From the NCBI GenBank assembly GCA_041945105.1, contig CP145880.1, positions 378,982 through 442,981 on the forward strand: DNA of 64,000 bases, read 5' to 3'. Of the stretch, positions 37,427-50,137 are shown piece after piece. This DNA comes from Candidatus Dasytiphilus stammeri. Its GTDB lineage: Bacteria > Pseudomonadota > Gammaproteobacteria > Enterobacterales > Enterobacteriaceae. A model generated the notes under the pieces. It had not been told where the DNA came from. It did not search any database and saw only the letters and a list, made by a program, of their open reading frames with translations. The number at the start of each line of letters is the position of its first letter. Position 1 is the stretch's first letter. Position numbers and translations under genes: made by a program.

Positions 37427-38083
37427 TTATGGAGCGAGTCGATGCATTTTCCAGACTTTTCCTATTCTATGAAAAAAGAAACGATCATGTAAACGATTCT
37501 TACCTCCTTGCCAGAATTCAATAGAATTAATATATATCCGAAATCCTCCCCAAAAAGGAGGAAATGGAATGGGTCGGTTTTGGAACTGTCTTTTTAGTTG
37601 AACAAATTTATTATCTAATATTCGGCGACTTGATATAATCCTAGATTGATGTGAAACCCAAGTACTAATTTGGCTACCACGTGGTCGACTTTGAAAATAT
37701 TTAACGTTTTCTATATGAGAAAGACGTTCTACCTTACCTAAAACTATAACTTGTCGTTCGAGCAGATTCCATGGAAATAAAAGGCTAATATATGGATTCT
37801 TATTAAGATGTTGCGATTTTTTACTCTTAAAATTAGTATAAAAGATCATACATTTTTCATCAAAATGCTTAAGTAATACCATACGTTGCCACGGATGGTG
37901 GTTTTGATCTACAGTAGCTAAACACATAGCAGTAGGCTCAGGTAATTCTGCTTGACATGCTTGCTGTAACCATTTATGGAATAATTCAAGTGGATTAGAT
38001 GGTAAATCGTGACAACGTAATACTCCTAAAGTATATTCACGACGTAAATGTGCAATTTTATGCAACTTATGTAAGTTTTTCAC
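37427..38083 (-). CDS. pdxH: Pyridoxamine/pyridoxine 5'-phosphate oxidase
   Basis: 218 aa as in E. coli. RMVLLK.. and IEFWQGG..RLHDR..F motifs. Adjacent to tyrS as in E. coli. Confidence 0.9.
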   Translation of the reverse strand: MKNLHKLHKIAHLRREYTLGVLRCHDLPSNPLELFHKWLQQACQAELPEPTAMCLATVDQNHHPWQRMVLLKHFDEKCMIFYTNFKSKKSQHLNKNPYISLLFPWNLLERQVIVLGKVERLSHIENVKYFQSRPRGSQISTWVSHQSRIISSRRILDNKFVQLKRQFQNRPIPFPPFWGGFRIYINSIEFWQGGKNRLHDRFFFHRIGKVWKMHRLAP

Positions 38084-38091
38084 TAAATTTT

Positions 38092-38454
38092 TTATTTATT
38101 ATCATTATAAATAGGTTTTTCATAAGAATAATCTCGATATTTATCAGCGGTTTTTTTTACAAGTATTTGTAATTCACCACGCTGAAACATTTCAACGATA
38201 ATATCACAACCGCCAATAAGTTTCCCTTCAACCCATAATTGAGGAAACGTTGGCCAATTAGCATATTTAGGTAATTCGGTACGAATCTCAGGAAATTTTA
38301 AAATATCTACATAAGTAAAATGTTCTCCACAACTTAATAGCACCTGTACGGTCTGTGCAGAAAATCCACAAGATGGATTTTGTGGTGAACCTTTCATAAA
38401 AAGAAGAATCGGATTGTCAGCAATTTGACGTTTAATTTTTTCAATAGTATCCAT
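38092..38454 (-). CDS. grxD: Monothiol glutaredoxin Grx4
   Basis: CGFS active site in [22 protein letters not shown] motif. Confidence 0.9.
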   Translation of the reverse strand: MDTIEKIKRQIADNPILLFMKGSPQNPSCGFSAQTVQVLLSCGEHFTYVDILKFPEIRTELPKYANWPTFPQLWVEGKLIGGCDIIVEMFQRGELQILVKKTADKYRDYSYEKPIYNDNK

Positions 38455-38632
38455 GAAAAAAGTCCTTATTAAAAATTAAGATCAGTCAGCTTTATTTTAA
38501 TTACAGTTGGTTGTTATGATTCCATTGAAAAACTCTACCTAATTTTAACACCCTTGCTATACTTTTTACAATCTCTGTAAATTATGTTATGTTTTAACAA
38601 CTAAATATCTTAATACTTAAAGGATAAAATAA

Positions 38633-40024
38633 GTGCAGAAATATTTAGTTGAAGCGCGTCAATTATTCATTTTGGCTGCTCCGGTTATTTTAGCACAAAT
38701 AGCACAAACTGCTAGAAGTATCGTTAACACAATTATGGCTGGATCAATAAGCACTGTTGATATGGCTGCAGTAGCTTTAGGAACTTCTATATGGTTACCT
38801 GTGATTGTATTTGGTTATGGATTGATTATGGCATTAACCCCTGTAGTAGCTAAATTAAATGGTTCAGGCCAATGTGATCGGATTCCTTATTATATATGTC
38901 AGGCTTATTGGTTAGCAATAATCACATCTTTGCTAATTATGTTGGTATTATATAAAGCTCCTTATCTAATTTATTATATGCATTCTATAGATCATCAATT
39001 AGCTGAAAAAACCATTTTTTATTTGCATGCTATGGTATACGGTGTTCCAGGATATTTATTATTACACGTATTACGTAACCAATGTGAAGCCCTTGCAAAT
39101 ACTAAATCAAGCATGGTAATAAGTTTTATCGGTTTAATAGTTAATATTCCAGTAAATTATATTTTTATTCATGGCAAATTTGGCATTCCATCAAGCGGGG
39201 GTGTAGGATGTGGTATAGCAACAGCAGTTGTTTACTGGATTATGTTTCTAACTATGATTACTTGGTTCAGTTTGAGTAAGAATCATCCTATGAAAAATAT
39301 TACCCGAGTAACGTGCTTACATTTGTTCAAGCTAAAGCCTGATTGGACACTGATCTGTAAACTTAGTACTTTGGGTTTGCCAATAGCTCTATCTTTTTTA
39401 TTTGAAGTAACTTTATTTACTATAGTAGCTTTATTAATTTCCCCTTTGGGAATTATATCAATAGCTAGTCATCAAATAGCATTAAATTTTAGTGGGTTAG
39501 TGTTTGTTTTACCACTGTCACTGAGTATAGCTACTACAATTCGGGTTAGTTTTCAACTGGGTAGAGGTTCTATTAGCAGCGCACATTTATCGGCTAAAAC
39601 CGCTCATTGTACTGGAATTGCTATTGCTATTATTACAGCTGTTTTAACTGCGCTTTATCGGCAACAGATCCCTTGGTTATATAATAATAATCCGCAAGTA
39701 ATTGCATTAGCAGCCAAGCTAATGTTATTTGCTGCTCTATATCAAATTTCTGATTCGGTACAGATTATCGGAAATGGTATCTTACGTGCATATAGGGATA
39801 CGTATTCTATTTCGATAATTACTTTTATTGCTTATTGGTTACTGGGATTACCATGTGGATATATATTAGGCTTAACTGATTGGATAGTTAATCCTTTAGG
39901 ACCAGCTGGTTTTTGGATAGGTTTTATCATTGGTTTAACTGCAGCAGCAATGATGATGATATATCGCATTCGCCATTTGCAAACTTTATCGGATAAAGAT
40001 CTGTTACAGGAAGGAGATGACTGA
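38633..40024 (+). CDS. mdtK: MATE-family multidrug efflux transporter (MdtK/NorM)
   Basis: GTG start. [41 protein letters not shown] parallels the E. coli MdtK N-terminus. About 12 TM segments. Confidence 0.85.
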   Translation: MQKYLVEARQLFILAAPVILAQIAQTARSIVNTIMAGSISTVDMAAVALGTSIWLPVIVFGYGLIMALTPVVAKLNGSGQCDRIPYYICQAYWLAIITSLLIMLVLYKAPYLIYYMHSIDHQLAEKTIFYLHAMVYGVPGYLLLHVLRNQCEALANTKSSMVISFIGLIVNIPVNYIFIHGKFGIPSSGGVGCGIATAVVYWIMFLTMITWFSLSKNHPMKNITRVTCLHLFKLKPDWTLICKLSTLGLPIALSFLFEVTLFTIVALLISPLGIISIASHQIALNFSGLVFVLPLSLSIATTIRVSFQLGRGSISSAHLSAKTAHCTGIAIAIITAVLTALYRQQIPWLYNNNPQVIALAAKLMLFAALYQISDSVQIIGNGILRAYRDTYSISIITFIAYWLLGLPCGYILGLTDWIVNPLGPAGFWIGFIIGLTAAAMMMIYRIRHLQTLSDKDLLQEGDD

Positions 40025-40048
40025 AATTACTAATATATAAATTATGAT

Positions 40049-40125
40049 GCGTCCGTAGCTCAGTTGGTTAGAGTAACACCTTGACATGGTGTTGGTCAGT
40101 GGTTCAAATCCACTCGGACGCACCA
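40049..40125 (+). tRNA. valV: tRNA-Val (GAC)
   Basis: GCGTCCG/CGGACGC acceptor and anticodon loop TTGACAT. CCA is encoded. Close to E. coli valV/valW, which also sit beside mdtK (ydhE). Confidence 0.9.
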
Positions 40126-40227
40126 CCAAACTATATATTTCTCAACCTGAAAAACACATCTATATGGAAAATATTTTTTTTACTTTCCTGTCCTGAAATC
40201 AAAGAACCAGAGGAAAACCATTGTAGT

Positions 40228-41295
40228 ATGAAAAATATCTCCAAACAAACTGTGGATATTCCACAATTATTGTTCTTATTTTTGTTTATTACCATACTAA
40301 TTGTCATTTGTTTTTGGGTGGTACAACCTTTTCTCGCTGGTTTTACATGGGCAAGTATGGTAGTAATTGCAACTTGGCCTTTATTTATTAAAATTCAGAA
40401 TCTACTCTGGGGAAGTCGAATCTTAGCTATAGTAATTATGATACTTATGTTATTTTTGTTTTTTATTACACCTCTCACCTTATTACTTGCTGGTTTTATC
40501 GATAATATAATTCCATTAATTCAATCTTTAACTGACGGACCACTCAAAGTACCTCAATTACATGTGATTGATAATGTTCCTCTTATTGGAGATAAATTAT
40601 ATTTTAACTGGAATAGTATTTTCGCCAGTGACAATAGTAACTCAATGATGACCTATGCTAAACCTTATATTGGTAAAACAACGGGCTTTATTTTTTTACA
40701 GGTAACCCATTTGGCTCGTGTTATACTGCATTTAGGATTGATGTTGTTATTTAGTGTATTACTTTACTGGCGTGGTGAGCAGATAGGAGAATGGGTCAGT
40801 CATTTCACTTGGAGATTGGCTACACATCGTGGTGAAGCAGCTATATTACTCACTACTCAAGCCATTCGGGCAGTGGCATTAGGAGTATCTGTGACAGCGT
40901 TAGTACAAGGTATACTTGGAGGTGTAGGATTAGCATTTTCTGGAATTCCATATGCTGCATTATTAACAGGTTTTTTAATTTTTTTTTGTTTGATGCAACT
41001 TGGAACACTTCCTGTATTAATTCCGGCTATTATTTGGCTTTATTGGGGTGGTGAAAATACTTCTGCAACCATCTTGATGATATGGAGCTGTCTTCTTGTC
41101 ACTTTAGATAATATTTTGCGTCCTATATTAATTCGTATGGGTGCTGATTTGCCAATGATTATGATTAGTTGTGGAGTTATTGGTGGATTATTTACTTTTG
41201 GTATGATTGGTTTATTTATTGGACCAGTAGTCCTGGCTATTTCTTACAAATTACTTAATGTTTGGATGCATGATTATCCTGTAGATGAGAGATAA
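40228..41295 (+). CDS. ydiK: PerM/AI-2E-family inner-membrane transporter YdiK
   Basis: The ORF 40081.. overlaps tRNA-Val, so it is trimmed to the Met at 40228. VVQPFLAGFTWASMVVIATWP, LLYWRGEQ, AIRAVALGV and IRMGADLP align with E. coli YdiK. Confidence 0.8.
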   Translation: MKNISKQTVDIPQLLFLFLFITILIVICFWVVQPFLAGFTWASMVVIATWPLFIKIQNLLWGSRILAIVIMILMLFLFFITPLTLLLAGFIDNIIPLIQSLTDGPLKVPQLHVIDNVPLIGDKLYFNWNSIFASDNSNSMMTYAKPYIGKTTGFIFLQVTHLARVILHLGLMLLFSVLLYWRGEQIGEWVSHFTWRLATHRGEAAILLTTQAIRAVALGVSVTALVQGILGGVGLAFSGIPYAALLTGFLIFFCLMQLGTLPVLIPAIIWLYWGGENTSATILMIWSCLLVTLDNILRPILIRMGADLPMIMISCGVIGGLFTFGMIGLFIGPVVLAISYKLLNVWMHDYPVDER

Positions 41296-41327
41296 ATATC
41301 AATTAATAAAAAAGGAGAGCGGATTTA

Positions 41328-42161
41328 ATGAACAAAAAACTCGGTTTTATTGGTGGAGGTAATATAGCACAAACACTTATTGCAGGTTTCGTTAAAAGTA
41401 GACTCATTCTGCCAATTAATATTTATGTATATGATTGTCATCAAGAAAAAAACCGATTTCTACATCAAACATATGGTATTAATTTTACTTCTAATGAAGA
41501 AGAAGTAATAAAAATATGTGATATTTTATTTTTAGCCGTAAAATCAAATGTTCTTTTGAAGGTACTGAAAGATAAATTTTCTTCTTTGAGTGAAAATACA
41601 TTAGTTATTTCTTTAGCTGCCGGGATAACACTAAAGGTCTTAAAAAAAGTAGTGGGACCAAGAAACAAAATTTTACGAGTGATGCCAAATACTTCTGCTT
41701 TGGTGGGTGAAAGCATGACTTCAATTATATCTAACACTTTGGTAACACCACAGGAAATTAAACAAGTAGTCCAGATCTTTAATCTAGTTGGAAAAACTGC
41801 GGTTATAACAGAAGATCTTATTCACAGTGTAATAGGAATAAGTAGTTCGGCTCCAGCATATGTTTATATGTTGATTGAATCCATGGCTGATGCTGCTGTT
41901 CTTGGAGGTATGTCGAGATCCAAAGCGTACAAATTTGCTGCACAGGCTGTAAAAGGAGCTGCTGAAATGATTTTAACAACTGGAAAACATCCTGGAGAAC
42001 TAAAAGATAATATTTGTTCACCAAAAGGAACAACTATAGAAGCTGTAAAAGTTTTAGAAGAAAAAGGATTCCGCGCATCAGTTATCTGTGCTATATATGC
42101 ATGTATGCAAAAATCTATTAAAAATGAAAAATTAGATCGAATAGATGAGGATTTATTATAA
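41328..42161 (+). CDS. proC: Pyrroline-5-carboxylate reductase
   Basis: GFIGGGNIA Rossmann motif, RVMPNTSALVGE, and SPKGTTIEAVKVLEEKGFRA matching E. coli ProC. Confidence 0.9.
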   Translation: MNKKLGFIGGGNIAQTLIAGFVKSRLILPINIYVYDCHQEKNRFLHQTYGINFTSNEEEVIKICDILFLAVKSNVLLKVLKDKFSSLSENTLVISLAAGITLKVLKKVVGPRNKILRVMPNTSALVGESMTSIISNTLVTPQEIKQVVQIFNLVGKTAVITEDLIHSVIGISSSAPAYVYMLIESMADAAVLGGMSRSKAYKFAAQAVKGAAEMILTTGKHPGELKDNICSPKGTTIEAVKVLEEKGFRASVICAIYACMQKSIKNEKLDRIDEDLL

Positions 42162-42167
42162 TTGTAT

Positions 42168-42240
42168 GGGTCGTTAGCTCAGTTGGTAGAGCAGTGGACT
42201 CTTAATCCAACGGTCGTGGGTTCGAATCCCTCACGACCCA
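42168..42240 (+). tRNA. tRNA-Lys (CUU)
   Basis: Acceptor GGGTCGT/ACGACCC and the D-arm are identical to the Lys(UUU) gene at 56257. Anticodon loop is CTCTTAA. Two non-Watson-Crick pairs are present (27-43 G.A and 50-64 U.U). CCA is not encoded. Confidence 0.8.
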
Positions 42241-42246
42241 TAAAAA

Positions 42247-43545
42247 TTAATTTCCAATGCATGTAATCCCATTCATGTAAGAATGTAATACATTTGGGAT
42301 TAAAATACTCCCATCTTCTTTTTGATAATTCTCCATTATCGCAAGTAAAGTACGACCTACTGCTAATCCAGAACCGTTCAGTGTATGTACCAAGCCCGTC
42401 TTTTTAGTATTTTTATTAATATAACGTATTTGCATACGACGCGCTTGAAAATCCCACATATTAGAACAAGAAGATATTTCTATAAAATGGTTTTTAGAAG
42501 GAAGCCAAACTTCTAAATCATAAGTTTTACAAGAACTATGTCCAAGATCAGCGGTGCATAAAAGTACTTTTCGATATGGTAGATTCAACATTTTTAGAAC
42601 GGTTTCAGCATGATTAGTTAAATGTTCTAACATATGCATGGAATTTTCTGGTGATGTAATTTGTACTAATTCTACTTTTTCAAATTGATGCATACGAATT
42701 AATCCATGAGTATCTTTTCCATAAGAACCCGCTTCTGAACGGTAACAGGAAGTATGTGCAGTAAATTTTAAGGGTAAGCATTCCTCTTGAAGAAGTTTAT
42801 TACGTACTAAATTAGTTAAAGGTACTTCGGCTGTAGGGATTAACGCATAATTATTTGTAGTTGTAGAATCTAATAATTTGGTAAAAAATAAATCTTTACT
42901 AAATTTTGGCCATTGTCCTGTTCCATAAAGAGATGTATAATTTACTAACTCAGGAACATAAAATTCTGTATAACCATGTTTACTAGTATGAAGATCTATC
43001 ATAAATTGTCCTAGGGCTCGGTGTAGTCGAGCTATTTGTCCTTTCATTACTACAAAACGGCTTCCGGTGATTTTGACGGCCGAAGCAAAATCTAAACCAT
43101 GAGTTAATTCTCCTAATGTAACATGGTCACGCACTTGAAAATCATATTTTCTTGGATATCCCCAACGACTAATTTCAACATTTTCGTGTTTATCGTTGCC
43201 ACTAGGAACTTCATCTGCTGGAATATTAGGTAACATCAGCATAAATTCACGCAATTGATTTTTTAAGATGTTAAGTTCAATTTTTTTTGTCCTTATACAT
43301 TGACTTAATGCTTGAAGTTTTTGACAAAGAGCTCTAATATCTTTACCTTTCTCTTTAATAAATCCAATTTCTTTAGATCTTTTATTACGTTCCGATTGTA
43401 AATTTTCTGTTTCAATTTGTAATAATTTACGTTTGATTTCTATCATGTGTAATGTATCAATGTCTAGTTTAAAATTTCTACGCGCCAATTTTTCAGCGAC
43501 TATATTTATATTAGATTCATTACGTAATAAATTAGGATCAAGCAT
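42247..43545 (-). CDS. serS: Seryl-tRNA synthetase
   Basis: MLDPNLLRN start, N-terminal coiled-coil arm, and class II motifs ([21 protein letters not shown]). Confidence 0.95.
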   Translation of the reverse strand: MLDPNLLRNESNINIVAEKLARRNFKLDIDTLHMIEIKRKLLQIETENLQSERNKRSKEIGFIKEKGKDIRALCQKLQALSQCIRTKKIELNILKNQLREFMLMLPNIPADEVPSGNDKHENVEISRWGYPRKYDFQVRDHVTLGELTHGLDFASAVKITGSRFVVMKGQIARLHRALGQFMIDLHTSKHGYTEFYVPELVNYTSLYGTGQWPKFSKDLFFTKLLDSTTTNNYALIPTAEVPLTNLVRNKLLQEECLPLKFTAHTSCYRSEAGSYGKDTHGLIRMHQFEKVELVQITSPENSMHMLEHLTNHAETVLKMLNLPYRKVLLCTADLGHSSCKTYDLEVWLPSKNHFIEISSCSNMWDFQARRMQIRYINKNTKKTGLVHTLNGSGLAVGRTLLAIMENYQKEDGSILIPNVLHSYMNGITCIGN

Positions 43546-43685
43546 ATGGATTTGAAATAATTTTAAAATATTTTAATAAGTATAAAAAATTTTTTTAATC
43601 ACATCAATGAACTTATAAGTATTTAGTGTGTTTTTAAGATAGTGACTTATAATAATGCAAAAATTTCAAAATGGGAGCAGCTTAA

Positions 43686-46708
<3,023 letters not shown>

Positions 46709-46760
46709 AAATTTTCCTATAAAAAATAGATTTATTCGTTGATCTTACTTACTAAACTGA

Positions 46761-47984
46761 CTAATATTCCGCCCATTTATAACCGTTTCTATTATCTATT
46801 AATATACCAATTCGATTACCTATTTTTACTCCTTTTTTAACGTAACTGTCTTTAAAAACAGACAATTTAAAAATAGCCATATCTGAAAATAAAGTATTAG
46901 CATTTCTGGTCACAAAAAAAATCTTGCTTCGGGTATCATATTGCATTGCAGTTTTCAGAACTTTAGTAGTTGGTATTTCAGTCTCAATGATTGTGCCAAA
47001 TTCCGAAAAATAATCCAATGGATATATTACTTTTTTTACCGGAATATTATTTGTTATTAGGTGATGATACATAAAAGTTTCATTTTGAAATTGCATTAAA
47101 TTTAGTCCAGATTCTTTTCCACAAAATAACCCAAAAAAATATGGATTTTGTCGGGTATAGATTTTATCTATCTTCACTTCATAACTATAAGTTTTATCAG
47201 AATAGTATCCCTTAAATTCACCAAATGGACCTTCAGGGATTTTTTTTCCCGAAATCTGTCCATAGAGCACTATTTCGCTTGTGATAGGAACTGCTGGATA
47301 AGGTTTTTCCTGAAATAATTTGATTTCGTCTTTTGCTAAAGCATTAGCAAATAAATAACTATCAATGATATCTGGAATTTTACTAGCAGCACTAATATAA
47401 GTAGCTATAGGTCCCCCATTAAAAAGGCTAATATAAACCTGAGGTTGATTTTGTAAATGATTCACAAGGATTCTATAGGCATCGGTTCTTGGATCTATAA
47501 AAATTGCCAGAGTATTTTCATTTTTAATCTCTCCTCGATAAAATCCTAAATTACTGCAATGGTTACTATCTACGATACAAAAAACAAATGAAGTTAAATA
47601 ACGTCCAGCATCTTTAGGTTGATACTTGAGAAAAGGTAGATCTAAAAGAGAAAATGAAGATAACAAGAACTCATTTTTTATTCTTTGGAATTTATTGTTA
47701 TTTATATGATGCTGATATGAAGAGAGGATTTTTTTTATGCGTCGATAAAATTCTGGAAGATAATTATCTTCTGTCATATCTAGGCCTTTTAAAATGATCG
47801 TACGTTTTAACAAATTATCGACATGAGGAATATTGGATTTACATAAAATTTCCTTGAAAATAGTTATTGGATAATTCGTTAAGTTGGAGTATTGTTTTTT
47901 TAAATACTGAGACACCTCAAGTTCTGGTGATAAAGGCATCTTCACTATTTGTACATCGTCGGCTTGTAAAAGTAAATTTCTCAT
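46761..47984 (-). CDS. UbiD-family (prenylated-FMN-dependent) decarboxylase, short form. Candidate 7-carboxy-7-deazapurine nucleotide decarboxylase.
   Basis: 407 aa. DAGRYLTS..SNLGFYRG corresponds to the UbiD N-x-G-x-Y-R metal/prFMN region. PEGPFGEFKGYY corresponds to the catalytic E-x-x-x-x-E loop (E. coli UbiD has PEGPYGDHTGYY). Otherwise it is very unlike E. coli UbiD and about 90 aa shorter. Confidence 0.72.
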   Translation of the reverse strand: MRNLLLQADDVQIVKMPLSPELEVSQYLKKQYSNLTNYPITIFKEILCKSNIPHVDNLLKRTIILKGLDMTEDNYLPEFYRRIKKILSSYQHHINNNKFQRIKNEFLLSSFSLLDLPFLKYQPKDAGRYLTSFVFCIVDSNHCSNLGFYRGEIKNENTLAIFIDPRTDAYRILVNHLQNQPQVYISLFNGGPIATYISAASKIPDIIDSYLFANALAKDEIKLFQEKPYPAVPITSEIVLYGQISGKKIPEGPFGEFKGYYSDKTYSYEVKIDKIYTRQNPYFFGLFCGKESGLNLMQFQNETFMYHHLITNNIPVKKVIYPLDYFSEFGTIIETEIPTTKVLKTAMQYDTRSKIFFVTRNANTLFSDMAIFKLSVFKDSYVKKGVKIGNRIGILIDNRNGYKWAEY

Positions 47985-47990
47985 CTGATT

Positions 47991-48467
47991 CTATCTATTT
48001 ATTATCTCTGTCTCCCAAGGAAATCTAATCCATTCTTGTTCTTCTTTAGCATAATAATTAACCAATTTATTAATTTGATTAATATCCCCATTTTGAGAAT
48101 TAAAAAATAGACTAGCTACAAAAATTGAACGATTTGGTAGAGAGAATTTATTTCTAATAAATTTAATTGTTTCTCCACTACCTACAATATCATCAATAAC
48201 AATCCAGTTCAGATACTTTTTAGTCATTAAACCAATATCTATTATTTGAGGGGAAACGGTTTCTGAATTAATCTCATCAGTTTTATTTCGTTTAATACAA
48301 ATAGATGTGAGTTCTCTAACTCCTAGATTATGTGCAATAATTACTGCTGGGATCCAACCGGATCGAGAAATTCCAATAATGCAATCATATGGTATCTTTT
48401 GTTCTCGTATAATTTTAGCTATATTTAGAGATAATTTTTCGATTTTTTTCCATGATACTTTAATCAT
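47991..48467 (-). CDS. Type I phosphoribosyltransferase, Gpt/XGPRT-like. Candidate 7-carboxy-7-deazaguanine phosphoribosyltransferase.
   Basis: 158 aa. IIGISRSGWIPA, the PRPP loop WIVIDDIVGSGETI and the C-terminal WIRFPWE parallel E. coli Gpt (IIAVSRGGLVPG, FIVIDDLVDTGGT, WIEQPWD). Overall it is divergent. Confidence 0.75.
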   Translation of the reverse strand: MIKVSWKKIEKLSLNIAKIIREQKIPYDCIIGISRSGWIPAVIIAHNLGVRELTSICIKRNKTDEINSETVSPQIIDIGLMTKKYLNWIVIDDIVGSGETIKFIRNKFSLPNRSIFVASLFFNSQNGDINQINKLVNYYAKEEQEWIRFPWETEIINR

Positions 48468-49611
48468 TCTTTTGAATTACCTCTTTTTTGTAATCAATAG
48501 GTGGAGTACCATATATGCTCAAGGCATGAGGTACATTTTCGTGATGTGTTTGTGAGGAAACTTTAATAAATTCATGGTTCTTACGAAGTTCATTATAGTT
48601 AATAGCTCCACTATAACTAAACCCCGATTGAATTCCTCCTATTAATTGATAAAGATATTCGCGCAAAGGACCAATATATTCGAAACAAGCTTCCACACCT
48701 TCAGGAACATAACGAATATATTCTTCTTTTTGAATCTTTTGTCCACGTAAACGTTGAAGTTCTAATTTAGTTCCAAAAGTTACAAATCCTTTAGTAGCTT
48801 TATACTTTTTTCCCTCAATTTCTATTAATTGAGCCGCACTTTCTGTCGTTCCTGCTAGCATTCTCCCGAGCATTACACATGATGCACCTGCTGCTAATGC
48901 TTTAACTATATCACCTGAACTTTTAATTCCTCCATCAGCAATAATACTTACATTGCATTTTTTTGCGGCCTCAACGCAATCCATAATCGCTGTTAGTTGA
49001 GGAATTCCTGCCCCGGTTACAGATCTTGTGGTACATACACTACCTGGTCCTATTCCAACTTTTATTATGCTGGCACCTGCATGAGCTAAATCAATTACTC
49101 CTTGCGCTGTAGCTACATTTCCAGCAATGATAGGAATTTCGGGAAAATTATTATTTAACTTTTTAATGGCACGAATCACTTGTGTAGAATGACCATGAGC
49201 TACATCAACAGTTATAAAATCAGCACCAGACTGAATTAATTGTGTAGCACGATCAAAGTAATCGTCAATGATTCCTACCGCAGCACCGACTTTTAAATAT
49301 CCATGATTATCCAAAGTTGGCAAGAAATCTTTTTCAGATTGAATATTTAAAAGAGATTTTACTGAACGTACATGACTGATTTGTGTTTCAATAGTACACA
49401 TTCGATGGATGATCCCAAGTCCTCCCATTCTAGCCATTTCACTAGCCATAGAATCTTCAGTACACCATTGAGTATTAGCTGATATAATAGGAATATTTAA
49501 CTGTCCGATTCGATTTAAATTCACACTGAGATTGATTTCTTTCCTACTATAAATATTAGTTAGTTTTGGTATCAGTAAGACATCATCAAATACATAGCTA
49601 TTTCTGAACAT
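48460..49611 (-). CDS. IMP dehydrogenase/GMP reductase-family enzyme lacking the CBS (Bateman) pair. Candidate GMP-reductase-like reductive deaminase.
   Basis: The track ORF runs to 49686, but AAGGAG lies 7 nt before the Met at 49611 (MFRNSYVFDDVLLIPK, the canonical family N-terminus). Catalytic Cys loop GIGPGSVCTTR, IADGGIKSSGDIVKALAAGA and YVPEGVE are present. Only about 25 aa lie where IMPDH carries its CBS pair. Confidence 0.8.
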   Translation of the reverse strand: MFRNSYVFDDVLLIPKLTNIYSRKEINLSVNLNRIGQLNIPIISANTQWCTEDSMASEMARMGGLGIIHRMCTIETQISHVRSVKSLLNIQSEKDFLPTLDNHGYLKVGAAVGIIDDYFDRATQLIQSGADFITVDVAHGHSTQVIRAIKKLNNNFPEIPIIAGNVATAQGVIDLAHAGASIIKVGIGPGSVCTTRSVTGAGIPQLTAIMDCVEAAKKCNVSIIADGGIKSSGDIVKALAAGASCVMLGRMLAGTTESAAQLIEIEGKKYKATKGFVTFGTKLELQRLRGQKIQKEEYIRYVPEGVEACFEYIGPLREYLYQLIGGIQSGFSYSGAINYNELRKNHEFIKVSSQTHHENVPHALSIYGTPPIDYKKEVIQKND

Positions 49612-50128
49612 TTGAAATCTCCTTAAAGTAAGTAGGATATTCTGCCCAACAATTAGGCGTTTCATAAACTCTAACTGAGTCAACACTTAACCTATTTATT
49701 TGATTCAATTGATTAGATAATTTTAATGATAATATTTCATACCAATGTTTTGCTAAGTATTCTGCAGTAGGTGAAAAAGGTACCAGATAAATTTTCATTT
49801 TTTCTGGATTATATATAAGTGAAGCAGTTTGAGACTGTTTAACTTGACGTGCTGAATGAATAATATCTAAGATTTTTATCAGATATTCGTCTTCAGCGTC
49901 TACAATCATTGCATGATCACAATTACTATCAATACACTCGTTCATAACCTCTTTTATAACACCAAAATCCATCACCATTCCTGTCTGAGATCCATCGTGA
50001 ATTAATTGGTTTGATGAAAGAGTAACAAGAATTGTATATCTATGTCCGTGTAAATTACGACATTTGGAAGTATGTGCTTTAATTCTATGACCCGCATCAA
50101 TTTCTATTTTTCGGTTGATTTTATACAT
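49598..50128 (-). CDS. queD: 6-carboxy-5,6,7,8-tetrahydropterin synthase (QueD/PTPS family), long form
   Basis: 176 aa. The catalytic Cys and zinc histidines lie in HRIKAHTSKCRNLHGHRY. A PTAEYLA (PTxE) motif is present. Its stop lies inside the next gene's start region (14-nt overlap). Confidence 0.8.
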   Translation of the reverse strand: MYKINRKIEIDAGHRIKAHTSKCRNLHGHRYTILVTLSSNQLIHDGSQTGMVMDFGVIKEVMNECIDSNCDHAMIVDAEDEYLIKILDIIHSARQVKQSQTASLIYNPEKMKIYLVPFSPTAEYLAKHWYEILSLKLSNQLNQINRLSVDSVRVYETPNCWAEYPTYFKEISNVQK

Positions 50129-50137
50129 AATTTTTCC

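Noticed and set aside
40081-40227. Long N-terminal extensions given by the ORF track. Besides ydiK here, they are glnS 2745-2813, cyoD 11016-11096, ppiD 20495-20551, rplT 27842-27883, yciC 33734-33796 and the IMPDH-like gene 49612-49686.
   Set aside because: The extensions overlap upstream genes or a tRNA and have no counterpart in the E. coli orthologues. Internal Met codons with better SD context reproduce the conserved N-termini.
46761-47984. Housekeeping ubiD for ubiquinone synthesis
   Set aside because: Only the catalytic motifs resemble E. coli UbiD. The protein is about 90 aa shorter and far more divergent than the neighbouring vertically inherited genes. It also sits inside the deazapurine operon. 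This is not fully excluded without the rest of the genome.
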